A stretch of DNA of 63,083 nucleotides, counting the filler, from Choristocarpus tenellus KU-1152 (taxonomy: Eukaryota > Protista > Phaeophyceae): assembly GCA_964200185.2 (NCBI GenBank). It is 10 parts of 10 records of this genome, joined end to end, with 100 filler letters (N's around TTAATTAATTAA, not from the genome) between each part and the next. Parts side by side here need not be neighbours in the genome. Positions count along the whole stretch, not along the records: positions 11,468 to 16,896 come from CAXNAD020010807.1; positions 16,997 to 32,477 come from CAXNAD020000990.1; 8 more parts are not named here. The stretch is one strand, 5' to 3'. Under the pieces are notes generated by a model. It saw nothing but the letters and a program-made list of their open reading frames with translations. It made no database searches and was not told the origin of the DNA. This document shows positions 12,661-25,530 of this stretch, piece by piece. Position 1 is the stretch's first letter. Each line of letters opens with the position of its first letter. The position numbers and the translations under genes are program-made.

Positions 12661-14561
12661 TTGAGCACCAAGAGTCTTACAAACTGAGTTAATCTGTTAA
12701 CTCCAAAATAGCGTCTTTGTTGTTTGATCATCTGGAGACTGTCTCAAGTGGATTGATGACTGTGCAGACTCGGCAGCTGCAAGTCCACAATCCAGTTTTG
12801 GGTCCCATGGATGCACAGAAACACATTATGAGTGAAAATCTTGACCCTCGTTGTGTTTGCTGGTTGCTTTTGTTCTACTCCCACATGTATTCAGCAACAT
12901 CTTCTTCCATGTCCATCAGAATCGTTTAGACCACGTACATTAGTGCTTGCAAGCTCTTGTCGCTGTTGTAAACTGTCTCTTTAGCTTGTTTCTAATTCCT
13001 CCATCCCTGAATATCCTCTGCACTGTACAATATACAAGAGACCTATGTAATCTGGCCCCACATACCCCTCAACTTGTATCTCGGCTTTACTACTGCTATG
13101 CTGTAACCCCGTTCACTCAGACTCTGACCCTGAGCTTGTGCTGTACTGACCATATTAACTCAACTTCATCTCATACCTAATAGTCTGACTGCTACTACTG
13201 GGTGGAGCATACAGTTTGCTGATCACATGTATTCAGACCTTATCCCCGAAATGGCTTGATTTCTGTTCTGATCACATACATACGACTAACTTTAGCATTG
13301 ACTAATGATGTTATCTTGACCAGGTATGTCCTTACTTACAAACTCGAAGTATATATAGGATCACTATACCTTGTTCTGGACCAATTGATGTTCTGCAAAT
13401 AATATGTAGAAGTTAGTATGCCATTAAAAGAACAGACATACCCGTTTCCCTTTTTACTCCCTCAGAGATCACCTTTTCGTCAGTCGTTGGCCCCAAGTAA
13501 ATCATGGTTGCACAAAGACGCCCCTAAAAGGGGCATGGCATAACAACTATTCATCACATTATTAGTGAAATTTTGCGGTTTTTATTGGTATGATGGTGAC
13601 AGGAGAGAGGAAGGCGCTACGATGTGAGTCTTTCTTAAAAGAAAAATCTCTGAGAAGTGTTTGAGAGCTACCCATTTCTATTTTTGTTTTTGAATTTAGA
13701 ATTAGACAGGTATACCTTACAAAGGAAGGGCAATTCAAAGTTATATATGGTTATGGAGTGTGAAACAGGTGGAAATGAGCAGACAGGTTCTCCAGAACAA
13801 AGGGGAGTGGGAAGACCCACAGGAGGAATGGAGAGGAGAGAAGACAGAAGGGGAAGCAAGCCTAAGCAGGTCACTCAGAAAGGAGTGACAAAGGGAAGTG
13901 AGTGGGGGTTGCAAGGTCCACTCAGAGTTCAACCAATTGAGAGGTGGGCGGGTTTGAACCCCTTTGCATCATAAGTATTCTTTCTCACCCTGTTGTGCAC
14001 TACAATCTATTTTCATTGTGTAAAGTATACCTTTTTGATATTTCTACGCACAAGGTGACACCAAAATCCAGAAAAAGCTATTTCTATAATGGTACGAAAT
14101 GGTATGTTTTCGTCTTTTCTCGGAATCCTTAAAATGCAACCCCGCCTACCTCTCTGTCGGTTTGACTCTCAACATCCTTATATTGAGATCGTTTTGTCAT
14201 ACCAGACTCTGATAGGAGAAGGGCAAATATATTTTTAAGGGCATAAAGTAGGAGAAGGGCACCTTGAAGGTATACCTTGGTATAGAGGTGCTATCATATC
14301 ACATGAGAGAATAGTTGAGAGATGCAAAATGTCAGAAGGCATAATAATATATAGTTGAGGTATGTAAATACGTGAATACCCCTCTGCACATTCTTTTAAC
14401 AGAACTTTCACATTTTTTTTTTGATATGATCGTACTAAATTTATACGTACTCTGTGCTACATACCACATATCTTCATCACAACAAGTAACCTTGAGGCTT
14501 TCGATAGTCTGCTCGTGCAGTGAGGTGGCGAGGCTGGGTGGTTGGGTAGAACTGAAGTAAG

Positions 14562-16896
14562 ATGCTCTCTCTGGTGACACGAGCGCAGCTAAGGCGGGTT
14601 AGGTTCTCGGGGACCAGGCAAGTATTCGAGATTCTCTTGTGTGTGAAATCATTGATTTTGTTGCTGTGGTGTTTGTAGTTGATGCCCAACTCGAGTAATG
14701 CTTACTGCTTGAATGTATCCCCTTTAATCCCTCTACTTCGCATAGAAAAAATCAAGTGTACTTCCTTTCATCGAAGAATCCTCGCCCCGCTTTCGATGTT
14801 TGAACTCGGCAGAGTCGTCGCTGGGTCGAGAGTGGTGTCCACAAAACCAGGTACTCTGGACCAACGACTCCGAGATGATGTCAAAATGCTGGGATCGATA
14901 CTTGGAGAGACCGTCAAGAAGCACGCAGGTGAGATAAGGGGGATCCTTGGTTAAGGGTTTTCGATATTTCGAAACGCCAGCTAATTGACCGACATTGTCA
15001 GCAGTCGTTTGTGGGTCTCCTCTCGTTACGTACCTCTCTCGCTATCTCTATTGGTACCAAGGCTTTCCTCCAGGAAGTGGTACGTTTGCTCGGTTTCTCG
15101 TATTTTCAGAATTACCTGCATAGCAGCCCCTCATCAACCACTAAACTCGCTTCGGCTCCATGCTTTCTATCTCCTCTACTCCCTTTTCTGGTCGAGCTTA
15201 CCATTATTTGTGGTCAGTTTAACATGTTTGGGGCTGACTTAGAAGCTTGTGATGGGAAAGAGGCAGAACAACTCCTGTGGAGAAGCTATCGCCACACCGG
15301 GCGCGAGCCCTTGATAAATATTATTTCTTCTGAGTATCATCGACGACCATGCACTTTCTCCTGCCTCCTCCTCGTCCTGTCACAGGAAATATATTAGAGC
15401 TGTACTTAATTGTTATTGTAAGTGACATCTGTCCAGTCTAGGGTCACCCAAACTATGTGCATGCAGCAGCAGGTAGGTAGATGAGAATGTTCACGTTTGT
15501 AGCATGGTCTTTCTAAGTTATCTTCTGTTACTCTCGTCTACTGGGGTAGAGGATATCTTGGGTGTTGCGTCCGAATTGTCCTTTGTCCATCCTTCCTTAT
15601 TCTTGGGAGAGGTGTCTGTGGCTATCCTCTCAACCTCCTCTTCCTGCTCGAGCGGGACATGGTTGTGACAGATTTGTTCCACAGCTGTGGATTGTCCTTG
15701 CAGGCAAGTGTTCAACAACTATAATGAGAAGGATTACGAGCTCGATCCGTCAGTGTATCTGGCCCTGATGACAAATAGAGATAAACTCCACAGACAAGAG
15801 TATATTTGCATATTTATGTAAGACAAAGATTGATTACCACAATCATTGTAGGAAAAAGCTATGGCATTGCTGTATTGGTGCAATGAGCATCCTGAGCAAC
15901 CCCAAAATGTACAAAGCATGATTGGCCAGTGTACATGGTCACCCTGGTTGTAACAGAACACATGGACAGTCTACCCAAGGAATGGTGTGTTCTGAGGTGT
16001 GGACAAAACGGAAATATGTGTGTGCTTGCTTAATCAAGGTCTTGGATTTACTGGGCTACGTACTGGCACCAACAAGACAGCCAATTGGTCTTCACATCTT
16101 GAATCAATGATAAATTCATAGCGAATCCTAAACATTTGGCAAATTGTTACACTACCAAAGCTGGCTCTACAGCAGACAGCCCTCTTTTTTTTTGTAGTCC
16201 ATATTTCATTTACTTGCATGCTTGGCAACTATCCTGCACACTACACGAAAAAGCACGGGGGCATGCCCTTCTCACCGTCTCAGAAAATTCTTTGTGAATC
16301 AGTCTACATACAACTAGCACCCATCATTTTTTTTTGTTTTTGTGTGGGTTAAGTGCCCTGCTCCATCTTTAAGGGTGGGTCCACTGCCGCTTCTTTTCCA
16401 GTGTCTCGCCTGGTTCAGACACGGGATTGATAACGCCTTCCATTTGCAACCACAAGAACAAATTATTGCCCAGCTGCGTGAAAATATGAGAATAAAAGTA
16501 CCGTAAAGTATTCTCTCTCGGACAAGAACGCCTCCTCACCACAAGGAGGTGGTGCCCTTCCGACCTTACTGTTTTTTCCCTCTTGTTATCGTTTCTTTTT
16601 TTTTGTCCTTATTGTTGTGATGATCTCACTACCAGTGCTGTCCTCCCGCCGATGCCTTCCCTTTTTGCGAAAATTGGGTTCAGTCACCCCTCATTGTTGG
16701 TACACGGCACCCCTCTGTTGCCCCATGTTATAAACCCCTCCCATCTCTTGTGTTGGGGACTCGTTCAATCCTACGGCGCTTCCTACTCTTACCGCCTTCT
16801 ACAGGGGCAGAGACTTTCCAGAACGTGGAAGACATGCGGACATTGGCACGGCAGTGGAGGCAAGGGGAAGCAGACCTTACCCCACTTGCAGACAAG
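14562..16896 (+). CDS. PEPC: Phosphoenolpyruvate carboxylase, 5' exons, with putative mitochondrial presequence (truncated by contig end)
   Basis: Exons 14562-14617 (GC donor), 14777-14928, 16805-16896 give MLSLVTRAQLRRVRFSGTRILAPLSMF...DQRLRDDVKMLGSILGETVKKHAGAETFQNVEDMRTLARQWR, matching the conserved PEPC N-terminal LRxDVxxLGxxLGxxI...F..VE..R.LA. Confidence 0.85.
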
Positions 16897-17438
16897 NNNN
16901 NNNNNNNNNNNNNNNNNNNNNNNNNNNNNNNNNNNNNNNNTTAATTAATTAANNNNNNNNNNNNNNNNNNNNNNNNNNNNNNNNNNNNNNNNNNNNGGGG
17001 CCCCTCCCTTCGTCGGGGCCTCGGGAAAAATTCTAGGTGTGTAGTTCACAGTCAACGCACCTAAACGCTCCTTAGAGGGCAGTCAACGCACCTCTCCGAT
17101 CCTGTCGGATCAAGATCAAATCACATCTTTGCGAAAACCATTTGCCAAAAGGGTCACATTCGTTAGTTAGGTCCAGGAAAGTCAAGACATTTCTACGGCT
17201 CATCTGCAGGCCGGCCTGGTGAAGGACCCTGAGAGGGCGCAACCACGGGCAAAAATAGATCATGATGGTGGAGGTCAAAATTCCACCAGGCGTTCTTGAT
17301 ATTGCGGAGGCGGCGTCAAAAGGTACTCGTGTAGGTAGAGAGCGTAGGTAGAGAGCATGAATAGATTAGGGCACACCTTCTCCCCTTTCCAAAGCTAGCC
17401 GCTAACCCTAACCCTAAGCAAAACGCGAACCCACTCGC

Positions 17439-19549
17439 CTGGGAGACCCAATGGTGTAGATGCTGTTGATGGTTATATTCTCGTCGAGTGTAAGCCGTGC
17501 AGCTGCTATTGATGCCAAGGCTGCCCCTAGGGAGTGACCTCCTAGATAGATTGGCTTTGCAGGGTCTTTGATTAGCATCTCCTTGATGGCGCTTACTATC
17601 TCCCCCCACACGGTGTCTAGAGCCCCACTGAATCCCTGAGAAGAAAAAAAGAGTGGGGATAATTCTCAGAGGAAGGAGAGGGGGGGAAATTAATGAACTG
17701 AAAGTATAGCTGCATACAGTTCACATACCCCCCCATTAGGATGCACCGAGAAACCAGTGCGCCATGGTGCCAAAAACATGGTGCCAAAACTCCTCTTTCT
17801 TTCATAAATGCAACAACTACCTCACTGTTGCGAGAGCACCGTAACCGTAACCGTAACCCTGACACTAACCTATTTCTACTCTCAAGGATGGATGGAAGGA
17901 GCTGCAGTCCTTGAAAGCAACAAATACAATGATGATCAACTCACACCGTAAAACATCTAGTGCCAGAATATTCTTCGAGTGATACCTATCCAAGTCATGC
18001 TTCCGTTGCGCTCAGAGCTCAGTGGAGTGCAAAGCATATTCAAGAACACGTACACAAGTACATGTTACACAAGTACATGTTGGGCATTACCATCTTTTGA
18101 TCAATGGAAGAGTACACTTTTAATAGGTAAGATGAGTGTCGTAGATACTTCGAAACAGCTGGGTTTGGGGTTTGATTCAGGGTTAGGTTTAGGGAAAGGG
18201 ATAGTTTCTTGTCACAATGCAACCTGCAGCCTGCATGAAAAAAAAAACACAAAAAAACACAAAATGTGATTTCTGCTTTGCTCATTCCCCCATTGACTCA
18301 ATCAGGAACACATCCTGCAACAGGTGTGTTAAAAAAATATATGAGACAGTCAAGATATACAAAAATTACGAAGCTTTCTTTCCAATCCACAAAACAAACG
18401 CATGTGCTACTACAGATAACACAATTAGGAAAATATAAAGAATGCCAACATTACAATGAAAGCTCTAACCTCATGGACACCCCCATATTGCGTCTCAACC
18501 CTTCCATCTTCCTTGTTTGTCTTTTCAAGGTCACCCTCTTCTTGTGAACCGCGGAAGATCAGAACAGCAAAGTCATCATTGCTGGCCAAAAACGCCTGTG
18601 TGTCATGCTCCAATTCCTCTCCATCGGTCACTTTTTTCTGGACCCATGTTAAAGTTGTCATTGGCAGTAGAGAGTGGGAAGGAAAGGTGGAGGGGTGAAG
18701 ATTTTCTGCCAAGAAAATGTTAGTAGCAAGTGGATGGTGTGTACACTTATTTCATGTGGGTCAACGGAGGTCAACAAGTTGGTTTTGAGGAAGTGGGGGG
18801 GGTTGGGGGAAGGGGGTAAAATAGATGAGCCAGGTAATCTTTGGTGCAGGCCGTTATCCTTCAAATGGGTATCTCAACATTGAGAAGCATGAGCATTGCT
18901 TGATGGGATTGCAGGTTTCATGTTAGGAAATTTACGATTCTGCCCAAAACGAATGATCTTCATAGGCAAACATGACCCCGAACCAAAGGGAAGGAAATAC
19001 TTGTTCTCTTCGATCCCAGTTCCTACTGAAGATCTGATGCTTCCCCTTCGTAAGAGGGCAGTTAGAAAGGAAATCAATATAGTTCCCTCCACATCATCAC
19101 CATAGGTCACCGTCCGATCCAATTGTTCTTCCCTCAATATCAGCGAAAAGACTAGAGGATTCTTCGATTGGAGTGCAAAATCCCATCCACGCATTCTGTG
19201 TAGACTGATATATCATCGTACAATTAGACCATCCAAAGTGTATGACCTGGAAAAAAAATGGATGACCAGAACTCACCGTTGCGAACCAACAGAACTCGGA
19301 CAGCCCGAGATCAGAGCACCGTGCAGTCACTTCCTCTTCAGACTTGTATATCACTCGACTTAGGTGAGACAGGTAGTACGCGTTTCGAGAACAAAACCCC
19401 TCTTTTTTTAAATCCACTGTAAAGGTCGAGGCCAGTTGAAAGGGTTCCCCATCAGCCGGGGTGGGCATAGTGGATATCAACGGCAAATTCAGTGACTGCA
19501 TGGGGGGGAATGCCGAGACTGGATCTGGACCTGGGGACAAGCTTACCAT
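17439..19549 (-). CDS. Lipase class 3 (Lipase_3) family protein, 3' end missing
   Basis: Exons 19549-19277, 18637-18470, 17635-17439 give NAYYLSHLSRVIY, DTQAF...VLIFRGS, GGVHE|GF, GHSLGAALA (nucleophile elbow) and YTIGSPR. Start codon uncertain (other in-frame ATG upstream). Confidence 0.9.
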
Positions 19550-22500
19550 GATTACTTTGATGCAAAAGATACGGAAACTCTGAATGCAGATAAGGGGTAA
19601 ACTCTGAGTAGTGAAGCGAGATCGATGTTCACGCTTCATGTTTTCCCTCTTGAAAGTTGAAGTTTTCGCTACAAAGAGGAATGGTGTGTTCTCGTGAAGG
19701 ACATGCACAACGAAGTAGAGGTTGTACTGACATTATCTGTCTGATTGCACCATGTTCTCAAAAATGTGACTCTAACTACATGTAGTTTAATTAATGCATC
19801 AAGAGTTGTTGCTTCGAATTCCCTACCATATTCTACATGGACAAGTGGGCAAAAAATACCGAAAGGTAACTGGTCAATCTGAATACTTCCCACGACTGAT
19901 TGGACCCTCCCTACCTTATTACAACATTTCCCACATTTCGCCAACACAGAAATTCGTATTCACCAACCCATAAATCCTTACTTTGGAGAAATCTCTTACA
20001 TTTATGGCAACTATTACTTTTATTGTGGTCGTTCTGATATTGAATTGGCTTTTCTTCTGACACAGAGAAGTTTATGTTGGAATCTAAGTTCTACCATTAA
20101 ATTGGGAGAATTAATTATGGGAGGAATGACGTACTGGGATCAGAGTGATGAGTAGGTGAAAAGAAATTAATCTGTAGGTGTACGAAGAGTAATGGGTGAG
20201 TAGGAGGTAGAATAGGTATGAGAAAAGTTCAACGAAATGTTGTAGGTGGAAACATAAGGTAGAAAGGGATGGATCAGAACATAAGGGAAACTTAAGGTTG
20301 GTAGGATAGGACAAGCAGGGATAGAACAAGGCAACCTCCGAGCAATCTTTCCCACCCACCCTTTCAATTCCTCACAACCGACTGGGATGTTGGGGAACAA
20401 GGGGGGGGGTGCCGTCCGTGTTGAGAAGAATAGTTTTACCTGTGAAATGAAACTATCCATATTCATCTACATGCACCAATATTACAAATTGAACTGATAT
20501 TTCATACGCAGTACATCCTACTACTACTCAGAACCTACTACTAACAGCAGATTTCAAAAATTGAGGATGGAGCTTTTTAATGAGGATGGACTTGACCCAA
20601 AATTGACTGGGATAAAGTGTCGATATGTATTTTTTTTAAATGATATTTTTTGTTTACTACTCAGAGAACATTTGAAGAATTGATACAATATATTTTTTAT
20701 ATTAATGAGTATTATTATGACAATAGGAAAAATAATCTGTTTGATTACATTTATGAATGTAATCAGTTTAATCAGTTTAATTAGTTTAACCAGTTTAACA
20801 TTGTGTCCTTGTATCACTTGCATCAGATTTTTATTCCTCATACATTTTGCAGAAACAATAGACAACTGTAGTTTCCAAGTTAATTCGTCCTATAATAGTT
20901 GTGGTCTCTGTTTCCCTCCACCTGACATCTGGAAAATGCCAGAGGGTATAATGGTATGTATTGATTGTGCAAATTGTGCAAACTGCATCTTCGCGTTATG
21001 ACTTATGACATCGGGTCAAGTCCATTGAACTTGGAGAGAACTACATACAACGTAATTTTTCTATCTCTCAGATTGACTTGGCTATAACTTGCGTCATTTT
21101 TTCAATAATGGTAGCTAGCGTTAGCACTTACTTATGGAATGAGATGGGATATATATGGTAATATGTCGTTTCATATTTTTGATCCTGGATGTGCATACTC
21201 CAATCTGATGATGTTGCTATGGTGGTCATATATTGCATACTGTTATCTGGTGACATTTACGCTGTACGTTTCTGTAAGATGTATCACACGTATGTGGTGA
21301 AGCAGGCATATATCATGCATCTATTGAAAAATGGTTAACAGCAACTATTACACAAAAAATATCCATTTTGAACAGGATCGCATCAGATTTTCGACAAGTC
21401 ATATGAATGCGGTCAATTAAGTTCTCAAGACGCTATATTAACATTTTGTAATAACAACGGTTGATACAGTGGAAAAATGCCTCCGTCTCATGTATAAACA
21501 GTTACACAGTTTACATCATAGCAGTAGATGTACTTGGTATGTATGTGGTATGTACATGATGTACATTATTATATATTATTAAGCCCTCTGATATTTTGTA
21601 GATGTGCCAATAGAAAAACCAATGAAAACTATTCAAATCTCTGAAAAAAACCCCAAGGAAGTAACACTTGTGAAAAATGTTAATCTGTTTCTATTTTACA
21701 TTTATGTTGTACTATATACTGCCTTGCTGTGTGTATATTATCCTTTGACGAAGTCCAAATAGAATAGTACAAAAAAAAAATCGAAGCCCACTGAGATTTT
21801 CTTACACAAGAATTTTATTCGCTAGGGGTCTCAAAACAAATCTTGTACTACTGTTTAAATCATGGAGATGGAACACAAACTACCATTCTATTTTTCCCTG
21901 TGATCATACCACTAAAAAATTATGGGTAGTTGCGCTTCTGTAAGGCTATGATGTGTCTTTATTTTTCGTGGACTCAGACCCAAACCTGTGATTTTATACT
22001 TCAGAACATGACCTAGACCCTTCAAAAACAACGAGTGGTATTATCCAATCCATATGCTATTGCCCCATTGGGCATGGTGAGCAAACTCAGCACTCAGTTC
22101 CTCCCAATGAGCTACCAGGTCAGAGATGAAAGAGAAATATGTCCTTCGAAATTATTTCTTAATTATTTGAGTTGGTTGGCACTGGTGGGGGAAATAGGCA
22201 TCCTCTATATTCCTACAACCGATATCCTGTCATATGGCATAATACACAGCCTCCAACAGCTCTTCATGTTGAAGACTACCCGTCTCCTAGTTTCGTTACT
22301 CAATGAGGTTAATCCAAACCCAACTTTATGGTATTCCATACCCCCAATATTCAGTCCATCCAAACGGCAAAATGTGAACATATGTGAAAAATCTATGCAG
22401 GAGTAATGTCGATGAAAACACTCCTGGGTATGCATTTAATTGCGTTGTATTCCCTACTTGATGGCATTTCCCACATAATTCTCTCCAAATTCAGCTGCAG

Positions 22501-25500
22501 ATAAGATACGTAAGAGATGCCTTCGCAGAGCCTCTATCATCCCTATTTTTTGTGGTCTACTTGGACGCCCTTTTCTCAGTACATAGTGTCCTGTGCATTA
22601 GCATGATGCCACCAAAACATAGCCCCGATGTTTAGATTCCGCCAATACTGAATTGGTAGGTGTTGTAGTACAGGGTCACAAAGGACTTAGAAAAATCATT
22701 GTAACTAGAAGTGTGACAGTCAACTAGACATCTAACTATTTGCAGGAGAGATGGAATTACTTATGGGTGAACCACTATTATGAAGAAGCTCTTTCTTGGC
22801 CAAGCACCTCACTGCCGCCCCACACTATTACATTTATTTTTGGTTGTTGCAGCGTGGTTCAAGATTCTAATTCTGTAGCTCTTTACATGATCAATATTTG
22901 TCACCATACTGCTCATGCTTAGTTCATACATAGCTCCCATGATATACTCCTTACAATGTATGAAGTAAATAAGTCGAATCAGTTGAAAGGTAGGCTGCTT
23001 TGGACCCTTTTGCATTCCAAGCCACCATTCTTACCCTTTGAAGTACACTCTATTTCATTGCTTTATGTGGACAATAGTGCACACAAAATTGATATTCCCC
23101 CTTTACACACACGAATTGACACCACAATTCAGCAAAGAGTCAGAGTAAACGAGAGGTACCGAGAGTTGCATTTCAAGGATGTTCACAAATATGAGCAAGA
23201 TTTGGCTTGTTTCACAGGTGTGCGTAGGACATTTTGTGAATTCGGTCAAAAAACATCAAACAACAGAGAAGTCAACGCTCTCAATTCAAACTAGCACTCC
23301 TTACATCGAAAAATGAATGAATGTCAAAGGATTGAAAAAGAGCTCAAAGTAAAAAACGCCCAAAACTTGGGTACCTCTCGTCTACTTCCGACTAGCAAGG
23401 CTCTTTCTGCAATGTACAAAATAACACTATTTTGCCCTTCTTGGGATCCTTAAAATGCAACCCTGCCTACCTCTTGGTTGGTTTGATAATAATAATAGTA
23501 ATAATAATAATAAAATAATAGATGCTCATGTTTTTATCCAGGTATCAAAATGTGAACAAAAATAAATACAAACTACACACACGCAACAGGTATTGATCAG
23601 GTAGTCAAGCTAGAAGAATTGTGTGATCAGAACCTGCTAGCCTCTGTAGTGGATATATTTCATTACTACTGTTAGCTAAGTTGCGCATGGCTTGTTTGGG
23701 TAGAGACAGAATTGGCTAGCTAGGACGAGCCGGGAAGGAAAAGGGGTCGATCACACTGGTGGTTGCTTAGTTTGAAGGGCATTTCTCGACACTGTATTTA
23801 AATGTTACAATAGGATCATAGGTGCCATTTGCACGACTGAGAAGTATGGGACACAGTACTAGACACACAACATGTTCCTTGCCACGTACATGATGGAAAG
23901 GGACAGCACACTACCTTGGATTACATTAAAGCTAAGAACAGGACGTAATCGTACTGCATCCTCAATTTCAACTTATCTTACCAAGCATTGTACAAAGTAA
24001 TAAAATATTATGTAGCTCTATGCAGGTATGAATTATGAAACTAATTTTTTGTAATATGATGCATACCCTGTTATTATCCCTATCATAATTCTGTCCATGC
24101 TCGCCTCCTCAAGCATGAAAGGACATCCTGCGTATGGAAGATTGAGGCAGTGACATGCACCCAATCAAAAGCAAGGAAACAAAAGAACAAACAAGAGCGA
24201 ACAAAACAACAAGTACTACGACAAGCGACCAGAAACAAGGAAAATGCAAATATCATTGCCAAAACCAGCAAAAAAAAATGTTGCCTACTTCTACGTAATA
24301 TGTACCTCCCGCTACCACTGTACTGTAGCTATATTCAAGACAACGAAACCCAAAGAGACAGTTGAACCATCCCTATATACGGGCACTTTCCAGCCAAGCA
24401 GCTGAATGTTCACTCCCGCCAAAGCGGGGTGCTTCCCTCCACTACAAAATTTTCGTAATTGTTGGGCTATCTCTGTCTGGTGTGAAGGTGGGTGCAGCGC
24501 ACTTGGAGACGAGGGAAGGATGGTCCTCAAGTACCTCCTCTGTCAATAACCAGTCCTAGCAAGGACATGATACCTTCTAAAGGTAATTTGCACTGGGAGC
24601 TTCTTCCCACCACATTACACTTTCATGCAACAGCACATGACAAATTCTTTACTCCAAAGTGTGGGCAAAATATGTACGAGAAAGGTAATGACCAATTCCT
24701 CATCCTGGCACTGACTTCTACCAACTTTAAGTAGTAGCCAACAGTGGCAGGAGGAATAGATAAGTATCAACAGATGCCCCCTTTGCTTGGCAGAAACGCT
24801 AGCTTGTCTCCATGCTGCTAAGGTCCTTGCAACCATCACATGGCACTAAGCCCTGGCGTAATTAATATCTACCACTGTTTACCAACAATTTTCACTCACC
24901 CCCATGAGCACTGCCATCAACCCCTTTTACTTTACATTTCAAATTTTTTCTCTGCACTGTGCCTAGAGGCAAGCAAATTCAATAGCCTTCTTTTTATCCC
25001 CAACATTTGTTAAAAGCGACCCCTATACTTTTAAGTGACAGCACATAGGCGACCCGAGGGTCTGAGTACTCAACCAAGAGACTCCTATTCTATCCCCTTG
25101 ACGAAGAACCCCTTGAATCTTCCATACCTGTACAGCACCAAGGTAGTTGGAAGCACCCCACAGAGTCCCTCCCAAACCCCCAGACCCCCATTATGCCTTC
25201 CCCATAGGGAGGCGCAACAATCCTGTTCCACACAACACAACACATGCTGTTTACTGCCAGCATTAACCCTCACAGAAAAGTATTTGCATGTGTGTAAGAA
25301 TGACACTGCACCCCTCCACTCCTACCCTACATCTCCTTCAAAGAAAACTCACACAAACAAAAGAAACCCACTAACATGATCTCCCTATTTTCGTGGAAAA
25401 GAGGTTGGCACCTCAACTCAATATGTGCTCCCATTATACCTTGAAATCATATATCTCATTGGCCAGTAGTATATTAGGCTACAACTCCCCCCCCCCATAC

Positions 25501-25530
25501 CCACAGGAAGAGAAGGGCAACAAGTCTGGC

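Noticed and set aside
8490-19549. Metabolic gene cluster (plastid protein, PEPC, lipase)
   Set aside because: The genes lie on different contigs joined arbitrarily.
19703-20153. TGA=Trp recoding or selenocysteine in TGA-interrupted frames
   Set aside because: Intact genes here use TGA as stop (8490, 25531); CpG decay or chance is a simpler explanation.
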